64,000 nucleotides of DNA from Phoronis australis (taxonomy: Eukaryota > Animalia > Phoronida). The DNA is taken from contig NMRA01000012.1 of assembly GCA_002633005.1 (NCBI GenBank), positions 1,801,992-1,865,991 of the forward strand, read 5' to 3'. The notes below the pieces were generated by a model. That model searched no databases and was not told the origin of the DNA. It worked only from the letters and a program-made list of their open reading frames with translations. The first letter of the stretch is position 1, and each line of letters starts with the position of its first letter. The position numbers were made by a program, and so were the translations under genes. Shown here piece by piece: positions 34,301 to 42,020 of this stretch.

Positions 34301-36158
34301 AAATCGAGTTTTTCTTCACTACCCTACGCCGTGGAGTACTTGTTGCTGTTACTTTCAAGGGAAATATAGTAGGACAGTTACCAAGATACGTTTTTTTCCC
34401 GCCCTCAAAATGAGCGCTGCATACCCTATGCCCGGTAGTCGGAACGAATTCACTAAATCGCCCTTTGCTTCCAGCTCTACCGATGTTTTTGACCCATTTT
34501 TACACAGTTCTTGGTCCTTGGGAAACCGATGATACTATTCTTTATCTCGCTTACTGTTATTATAGCAGCCAGGCACACAACACGTATAACCTCCCCGTAG
34601 CCCGTTCGCCCGCACGGTTGCCAACATACTTGTTTACTGAAGTTTACCATTATAACCACAATGCAACATTCTGACCCATTTCCAATATGGCGGCGTTGCA
34701 ACTCCGCTATTCTGTGTATTTTTCTTCCTCCAGAATAGGTCATCTCGAGTACCTTAAAATATGAAACCCATTTTCGGTCAAAATATCCTTAATTTGTCAT
34801 TTACCATTATGTATAGATGGTCTTCACTCGTTTCTCATACCGACATTAAATGTGAGTTCTCGTGAAAAACTGAAAATTGCTCGACACCAGCCTCAGTAAC
34901 GATAGGACAAGACTTCACGAGATTGCGTGAGATATTGCCGTGCATTTTAAATGAGAGCACGTGACTTTGACTAGGTATTAGCAAGGTCCTAGCGTAGTGG
35001 TGAATACAATCTTCGTACATGCTTCGTAACATCTTCAATGTTTCCAGAAAGGTGGTTAAATTTTCTTCAATTCATTCTCCTAACAGGAAACCGTGAACAC
35101 CAGCTACCCCGGATTGGGCATGCGCTTTTTGACAGACTTCATAGCAGCTGCAGCGATGGACTACAAGATAGACTCTAATGGGACTGGCATTGCTTTCCAC
35201 GGCCTACAGCTGTCTCGCCGTGAAGACGAGCCCATGTTTCACCCTTGTCTCAACAATGGTCATGGGAACTTCAGCAGAGAACAGGGCTACATCTGTACCT
35301 GTTCCAGTGGCAGTACAGGCCCCTACTGTGAAAAAGGTAATTATTCTTTGTCATTATCAGTGAACGTAATACGTGTGGCCTTAGCTAGGGCCCCCGAGCA
35401 ATTTTTGCGGAAATGTACGTGTCCTGCCAAATTTTTGGTACATAGGTGATGCTAGACAGCCTTGTAAATTCCTGACTTTTGTGCTTGAAGTAAATAGCTC
35501 TCAAATTACTAATAGCTAAACAATAATTAATTGATTGATTGATTGATTATCATCGTTGAAATATAGAATAACAATACAACACAATAAAAGACACTAATAC
35601 AGATAGACAGGCAGACATGTAAGTTTAAGCAAGGATGACACACAAGACTAAGACAAGCAGCACATCTCTTGAAAAGTGACTTAAAATCTAGTCTTGCGCT
35701 CCACAGATTTTTTTTATGAAAAATGATTAAATCTCACTTGAACAAAAGTACAAAGTCCTTGACAAGACACACATAGTTCTTGAAATTATGTTTACAAAAC
35801 AATTTCTGGACTGTTGCCTGTATTAGCAACTACCTCATGCACTTTGATAATGCGTATCGTTGTTATCCCGGTGGCATTGACACACAACTACATGTAAGAC
35901 ATTATTTTCTTATCTTTAACAGGTCGCCGAACACAGCTTATGTCTTCAAAAACAAAGGGCAGGCGGTGTGTAGGAGATATTATTACGACCATTAGTGTCA
36001 GCTACCCTTCTATATGCTTAGCTTTGTGCAATGGTAACAATCGCTGTAAGGGAATAAACTACCGCTATACCGTCTCGATAGCCAGCAATTGTGAGCTGCT
36101 GGCCTCAGTATCTGAAATTATCAAGTCAAACGAGTGGGATATTTGGCTTGTAGACTAA
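16304..36158 (+). CDS. Mosaic scavenger-receptor protein 7xSRCR-CUB-PAN-PAN-fibrinogen-like/unassigned-EGF-PAN (DMBT1-like, probably secreted); start exon unresolved
   Basis: Phase-consistent exons 16304-16416, 18271-18457, 19408-19728, 20541-20647, 22543-22780, 23874-24475, 25264-25378, 26297-26447, 28173-28366, 28862-29106, 29886-30030, 30801-30889, 31691-32806, 35087-35336, 35923-36158 (TAA), about 1,370 codons. SRCR motifs GRVEI..W, ICDEGWDDADAKVACRMLG, C.G.E....C, AGV.C; CUB motif CPNDFVDVRDG..LCGS..MYIQFTSD..GFVANY; PAN motif C...C.....C..(N)Y....C.L. No transmembrane segment seen. Confidence 0.92.
18579..18804. mobile_element. IS3EU-like non-autonomous element (MITE)
   Basis: TIRs TACGGTGGCCTGTACGTG / revcomp TACGGTGACCAGTACATG; near-perfect 6-bp TSD ATTTAC/GTTTAC; TAY..RTA ends. 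Confidence 0.65.
20734..21750. repeat. 508-bp tandem duplication joined by a single N (probable assembly artefact)
   Basis: Copies 20734-21241 and 21243-21750 differ at about 5 positions; N at 21242. Confidence 0.9.
22108..22340. repeat. Degenerate (GTC/GTT/ATC) trinucleotide low-complexity tract
   Basis: Repeated gtcgtc/gtcatt/gttgtt units within an intron. Confidence 0.6.
23024..23309. mobile_element. MITE with ~40-bp terminal inverted repeats, family unassigned
   Basis: TGTATAACAGCTTCTTATTTAATTTGACCTTTTCTTATCTAGTA versus revcomp of the right end TGTATACAACAGCTTCTTATTTAATTTGAACTTTTATCTAGTA. Confidence 0.7.
26774..27033. mobile_element. hAT5-like MITE
   Basis: Perfect 15-bp TIR CATGCGCGCACCCAG; 5-bp TSD ATATT at 26769-26773 and 27034-27038. 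A related right end lies at about 13491-13510. Confidence 0.8.
27882..28099. repeat. Imperfect two-copy tandem duplication (~120 bp and ~95 bp)
   Basis: Both copies read TGGGGCG..CCGTAG..AGCAAAGCTAGT..CTGCTTCG..ATCTC..AAGACTT..TTCGC. Confidence 0.6.
33307..33592 (+). mobile_element. Left end of a hAT-like element, cut by a gap
   Basis: CATAGGCGGATTTAG followed by G and C runs; same terminal style as the elements at 11614 and 25773-25814. Confidence 0.45.
33593..33653. other. Assembly gap (N run)
   Basis: Run of Ns. Confidence 1.
33654..34708 (-). mobile_element. ISL2EU/Harbinger-like transposon, 5' part with THAP + coiled-coil + HTH transposase pseudogene, inside an intron of the SRCR gene
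   Basis: From ATG 34627: YTCCVPGCYNN..*YHRFPKD../WVKNI..RVCSAHF..PTIF (THAP, one stop and one frameshift), then FYTGF..F..LY..RKRALSPQDELFMVLCRLRVGLLEKDLAYR, typical of the HTH preceding DDE_Tnp_4. The apparent stop at 33672 coincides with an AG|GTAATT donor. Candidate terminus AT|AGCGGAGTTGCAACGCCGCCATATTGG. Confidence 0.8.
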
Positions 36159-38648
36159 AAAGCGGTCGCTACGACCAAAAGTTAAAGTAGCTCTGCTTTA
36201 GTAACACTGGTCTTGTCGTGCAGGAAGCAGATGTTTTTGAGCTCTTGATATACATTTCCATGACATCACTCACAAATATGCCTGTGACAAGGACGCCCAG
36301 GGTAATTCACCAACAACTGATCCACTAAAAGGTTTACGGTAAGCCTTCGTAAAGTGCTTTCACGTTTCACGAAACAGTTCAACTGTTCATTTTCAACCCA
36401 TAAAATATGCATTCTCTGGGTCCTTGATAATGCTATGTCCGAGAAGGTCAGTGCCTTCAATATTTCTGAGGACATATTCAGTTGGCCAATTTTGGAGGAG
36501 TAGTCAACACGCCTTGTGCAGTTACGGTACGTGTTGTTTAAATTTGCAGAAAACCTACTTTATTCAATAATTATTTATGCGCAAAATATGAAGCATTGAT
36601 GCTTTATGACTCTTAGGGATAACTTGAGTAAATTCTGAGTGTACAGACGTTTAAGTGTTATACAAATTTTCTAGCTCGAGCTGTTACTTTTGATGTAAAT
36701 ATTGCAAGGGAACGTCTACCTTACTGCATAGCGATACTCGTATCATACAGTCAGTCGAAAATGCATTTTAATCAGTAGTTGCGACCTTGAGAAGTGTATG
36801 TAGGCACTGTTACGCGGAGCGCAGCTAAGACCACCAAACGTTACTCGAAACGTGACTCGCCGGAAAGTAGACCAATTGCGGGCCCTGATGAAAGTCGGAG
36901 CCAACTTGTTGCTAGAGGGTAGCATTGACACTTCTCATTTAGCTCGTGATTCGGTTTATATTGTTAGTCCAATATTATGTAAATATGTTGATTTCAGTCG
37001 CGGTTATTTATTGCAGGCCATGCCCATCGTAAAATTCTATGAAAATTGATTCGTTAAACATTTCACTGTTGTATTAACTTTCAGAAGGTGCGAGAGTAAC
37101 AAAAGGCAAATAATTCTAACTTGCTGTTAAATATTTGATTTCAATTTGTTTTAATGTTGAAATCCATGTACACTGACGTAATAACCCCAGTAAACGAATA
37201 ACTGTCTTCTAGTTTTATTTGATTTACTGGTCATTGTTCTGACAACAAAGTCCGTGACCGATTTGATCTGACAATGGTCTATAAACCTTCTCAAACTTAA
37301 AATGCTTCCGTTGAATTAAGTACTACATTTTGAGAAAAATGGTTATTTCTTTGCTGGTTTATAGTAAATTCGTAATCTTCACTTTGATACGGCAGTATGA
37401 GTCATTTGAAGTTACCGATGTAAACGAATTACGGCGTTCCGCCTTTTTTAGTTATCAGAAAATAGATGTGGTGGTTTCTTAAAAAGGCCCATGGAACTGA
37501 CATTGCGCAAACTTCCTCGCCTGGAACAAACTTGCACACTAATGCTTACAAATTAATAAAGTGTACATTTTAATGCGATGGATCAGAAAACGCTCGAGCT
37601 GTGGTGTCGCCATGTCAAAGCAGTTTCAAACTAAAAATATATATTTCCCAACGTGCCTCGGTGAGAACAACAACTAGACGTCCAGTTTTAATAAAACAAC
37701 TAATAAGTTGGTTAAGATATATTTTGCAAGGCGACTCAAGTTATGTCAATTATAAAACAATAACTGGAGTGTTTTATAGATTTTTGCTTGCTCTGCCATT
37801 TGCCAATGAAAAGCTGTATCTGTAGAGCGGGAAAACAAGTTTTGTGGAAGACGAACCCTATAGACTGGATGAATGATAGCCACTGAAGTAACGGGATAAA
37901 ATAAAATTGGCCCGATACACCAGGCTCCCCTTTCCCATAAAAATGTTGTTTTTCCTCGAGATTTGTTATGTGACGAAGCCATGGTTGCAACGCTTCCGCG
38001 GGAATGTAAGTGAAATTAAAACACTCTGCAAAGTTGAGTGGGGTGTCGTGGCGACCTCGTCTTCCAAATCAGCTTGCACGGAGCAAATTATTTTGTAAGA
38101 CTGGACCACGAGTCTAAAATCTGTTGGAAGGTACCTTTTTCGTCATCTCTATCGACGATGACTTCAAAGAATGTATTTTTTCTAGTTTATCAAATGCAAC
38201 AAATAAACAACGCTAAACATCCAAAAATTCACGCATAGAATACGTGGAAAATCAAAAGCGTCACAAGCAAAACTCTTATCTGAATGACATGAGTGAATTG
38301 ACCGCTGAGCGGCTTTTAAGTTGCTATCAGTTAACTCGCCTTAGTCAACTACCAGAAATCGCTTTTTATCCGAGTGATGAACAAATGGTGGCTTGTTTGA
38401 CAACGACAAGTCGTGTGAGTCAAAGCTGCCAATAAGGTGCTTGAAGATCAGTTGAGCATAAGACAAGACACAGACTACTAACCGCGGTCTTGCACGCAAT
38501 TTGTTTAACGAGTGATTATCAACGGTACGAAAATATGGAAATATAGAGACTTTTCAAATGTTCGGTCATTTGAAATGATGTGCAGAAACGGCAGCATACA
38601 GTGAAGTTAACATGATTTAAAGACACAAAGAATAGAAAAGGTCCCCTT

Positions 38649-38722
38649 TATGGGCGGCGCACCATAGGGGGCTGGGGGGCTATAGCTCCAGCCCTTATTT
38701 CAGTGCCGGTGCGCCGCCCATG
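38649..38722. mobile_element. 74-bp hAT-like micro-MITE
   Basis: TIR (C/T)ATGGGCGGCGCACC; imperfect flanks GTCCCCTT/GTCACATA. Confidence 0.55.
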
Positions 38723-39248
38723 GTCACATAGGGGGCTGCCCATGCCTTTTGGTCCCTTGAACCGAATTCATACATTACGAAACTTGTACAAGTAGATAAA
38801 GTGACGACATAAACGTTAAAATCTAAGCCACTCTAAAGACACGTTTAACTATTAAAATTACCACTGCAATAAGAAAATCTTCAGGTTCAGTTTTCAACGA
38901 TCATTCACGATAATTCTTCAAAACAATCTTTTCCAGCACGCATGCAGACTGGTGCGTGTGGACCACCATGCTCGGCCCAATTTTCTATTGCTTTAAAAAG
39001 GAAAATGCTTGATTTCTTTCTTTTTTATTTTATGCCATACCATTATTGGGGACAAATAGCACGACACGAGTGATTTTATGCGTTTATTTATGGAGGTGTG
39101 TTGGCAATAACTGGGTCACAGTTCTATACGCAAAAGTGGCGGTGTGGTAAACCATATGGGTTCAAGGTACTACGAAACAACAGTAAGCATCTAGGTAACA
39201 GATGGGTACGCAAACTAGCAAATGAGCACGGGGTAGCAGCCGCGAAAC

Positions 39249-39849
39249 TATGGTGGGCCGTTGAGGGGAAAGTGTCTCCGTAAAATTACGCTCGTAATTA
39301 CGAGCGTAAATTTAATTGCAGGAGTGTCGCCGTACAAATACGCTCGTAAATTAAAAGGGGAAAAGTTTAGCCGTAAAATTACTCTCGTAATTACGAGCGT
39401 AAATTAAATTGCAAAAGTGCTGCAGTAAAATTACGCTAGTAAATTAAATGGGGGAAATGTCGCCGTAAATTACGCTCGAAAAATACTTTAAGAACGTTCC
39501 AAATTTAAACTAATCAGTGTTGACCTAACATACACGAGTGTTGCTAGGCAGCTCGTTCTTGCACAATCGCTGACATTGCAGCAGCGATTTGATCCGCCAT
39601 GATTCAGCGCTCGTATCGTAGACATGTAACCCGTCAGTAAATAAGTATTTCCATGAGCACGCGCGACCGTGGATTGTAAAACCAACGTCATTGGCTAAGA
39701 GTTTAAACTGACGAGAGTAATTTTACGCCGTAAGGAATTAAATTTCGCTCGTAATTTTACGGCGTAATTAACGACGTAAATAACGGCGTAATGTATATGA
39801 TTACGCTCGTATTTTTCCGGCGACACTTTCCCCTCAACGGCCCATCATA
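39249..39849. mobile_element. IS3EU-like non-autonomous element with internal TTACGCTCGTAA/TTACGAGCGTAA repeats
   Basis: ~40-bp TIRs TATG(G/A)TGGGCCGTTGAGGGGAAAGTGTC; perfect 6-bp TSD CGAAAC at 39243-39248 and 39850-39855. Confidence 0.85.
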
Positions 39850-40406
39850 CGAAACAGCATTAAACGTTTAGGTACTTTATGGGTACAGCAGAACAAATAC
39901 GTAGTTTTTACGTTGCTAGGGAGTGCAAGATGGGTACACGGTACCAGATGGGTTGACCGATTGCCTACTAGATGAGATCGAGCAAAACGGCGAATAGACT
40001 AGATATTGGTACACAAACTACTAAATGAACTAAGGTATATCCAGATGGACATGTATAACCAACAACTGAGCGATGGGTGAGTGAGCAGACATTCCGGAGT
40101 GTGGTGACGTTAATAATGGTGTTGATGCCAATAATTTTATAACTGAAGCAAGGCTATAGTTGGGTATTCAATTGATAAATAATTCATTTCTAACCGTTGC
40201 ATCTGATATGACGGCAAATTCCCTCAAGCGAAAGCGTCAATAGTTTCTCAATGACCGCTTTAATTCTTGGGTACACGGATAATTCAGTAATTCAATTTGC
40301 AACGTTCGTCACAAACTCGCGCTATACGGTTTTCGTTATTGTTTTAAAGAGAGGTGAACTTCTGTAAACCAATCGTTACTAGAACAATTATAAGAGGTTT
40401 ATAGGT

Positions 40407-41015
40407 TCAGACATATGATGACCCAGTAGTGGTAAAATCTCTCGTCATTTTATCGCCCTGAACTGCTTGTAAGTGATCAAGTTCCTGCACCACCTCATTA
40501 CTCGTAACCAGATCGTTACTTAGTGGGGTAACAATCTTTGAGCGTGTGCTTTTCCTTGTGGTGTCATCGGGATGTTCTTTTGATGGAAACGGAGTGTGTT
40601 CCGTGTCAAACGCATTCAAGTCGCCGACACGGCTTTTCTCGTTGATATTGCACTGATTAGTTGCTATTTCATGTATCCTGTCTAATCTCTCAACACTGAT
40701 GACTTCGCCAGAAAAAGTGTCATGTACAGATTTATTCCAACCTCCCTTTCCAGCTCGCCTCCTCCTTATCTTCACAGTCCCCTCCCCCACACGGGTCCGC
40801 CTCTTTCTCCTGTATTTAAAATGGCACACTCCTAGGAAGACAAATACTAGTACAAATGTAGAGAAAAACAGTATTATTCCGCCATAGATTAAGAAACGTT
40901 CGTCGATCACGTTTGTTGGAGGTTCCTCCGTCGACATCACACGAGCAGTGAAGAAATCCGCTTTTGTCATCGGGGTTGTTATAATTTCTGTTCTCGTTTT
41001 TGCGACCATGTCCAT
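40407..41015 (-). CDS. Orphan single-pass membrane protein (202 aa)
   Basis: Intact ORF with an in-frame TAG just upstream. Thr-rich N-terminus, hydrophobic segment FLIYGGIILFFSTFVLVFVFLGVC, basic stop-transfer KYRRKRR, C-terminal SSYV. Confidence 0.7.
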   Translation of the reverse strand: MDMVAKTRTEIITTPMTKADFFTARVMSTEEPPTNVIDERFLIYGGIILFFSTFVLVFVFLGVCHFKYRRKRRTRVGEGTVKIRRRRAGKGGWNKSVHDTFSGEVISVERLDRIHEIATNQCNINEKSRVGDLNAFDTEHTPFPSKEHPDDTTRKSTRSKIVTPLSNDLVTSNEVVQELDHLQAVQGDKMTRDFTTTGSSYV

Positions 41016-41557
41016 GCGTTTGTCCTAATGCGCCATCTTTGTATGATTTTAATTCATCTGTGTGGTATTAGTTGTCAAGTCTGTCTTGCTGATCCAACTC
41101 AGTTATTTTCAAGTTGCATAGTTGCAATAAATNTTCGCCTCAGATTTGTTTTAACCCCTCCAAGCCGCCTCGTGAACTTAACAATCCTTGATAACGTGAC
41201 TCACGGCGTAGTATTGTCGAAGAATCAAGACGCGTTTCCTTATAAGAGATTGCCTAAGTGGAAAATGGTTGATAAGCTGACCTGGAGATTATCTTTCGAT
41301 TTAAAACGTTTGCAGTTAAAACAGTATCTCGTTATGATAGCTCGTAATATTTGTCACGTAGCATAAAGGTGCAGGCATGGCGCTGGTTTATAACAATAAA
41401 TTGGTTATAACCTCGGTATATATCACGTAAAGTAACTTTTGAGTTAGACCACTTACAGTTATGAAATTGGTCTTATTTTGTTTCTTAGTTAGAAGTTTTT
41501 GGAGGCAAATGATACTTAGATTTTGTTTGAGACAAGGCTTGGTCTACTAACTGACNA

Positions 41558-42020
41558 GTAACATAGACTGCCACGTCCACGGAAAACCTTTATACAAGTC
41601 ATCAAACCCGTCCTCAGGCGGAGTGTCAGTCATTGCTGGCACGAGAGTAGTCTTTAATATTTTCAACACTTCCATGGGAAGAGCTAGACGAAATGCGCAA
41701 ATTTCCTCGGCATAACACTCCGGCTTCCAATGTCTCCTGTCGTCTGCTTCATACTCAGATTTCCGCCAACCCTGCAGTGTGCAAAAATCTCCAAATACCT
41801 CTAACCACAATTCAACTGACTCTCGCTTGTCATCACAAGCCTGCAGATCAAGCTTTGATGGTTTAGTTTTTGACATTTTTCGTTATCCCACTCCTGACAC
41901 CAAGTTGATGTTGACGGATTTTGTATGTGATAAAATAAACACAGTCTTAGACGGAAGCCATCTTTATTCCAACTCCCTCCACTAGCGCCACCTAACAGTT
42001 ACATAACTAACTACTCAACA
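41558..42020 (-). mobile_element. Gypsy (Mag-like) LTR retrotransposon 5' end: LTR, PBS and gag N-terminus, truncated at an N
   Basis: LTR 41909-42020 with TGTTGA..TCAACA ends and AATAAA on the - strand. PBS TGGTGTCAGGAGTGGGAT at 41885-41902 is complementary to a tRNA-Leu 3' end. Gag-like ORF MSKTKPSKLDL..W...F.DFC.LQGW starts at 41876. Confidence 0.85.

Noticed and set aside
39280-39820. Regularly spaced palindromic repeats that superficially resemble a CRISPR array
   Set aside because: Eukaryotic context, no unique spacers or cas genes, and the repeats lie inside a TIR element with a TSD.
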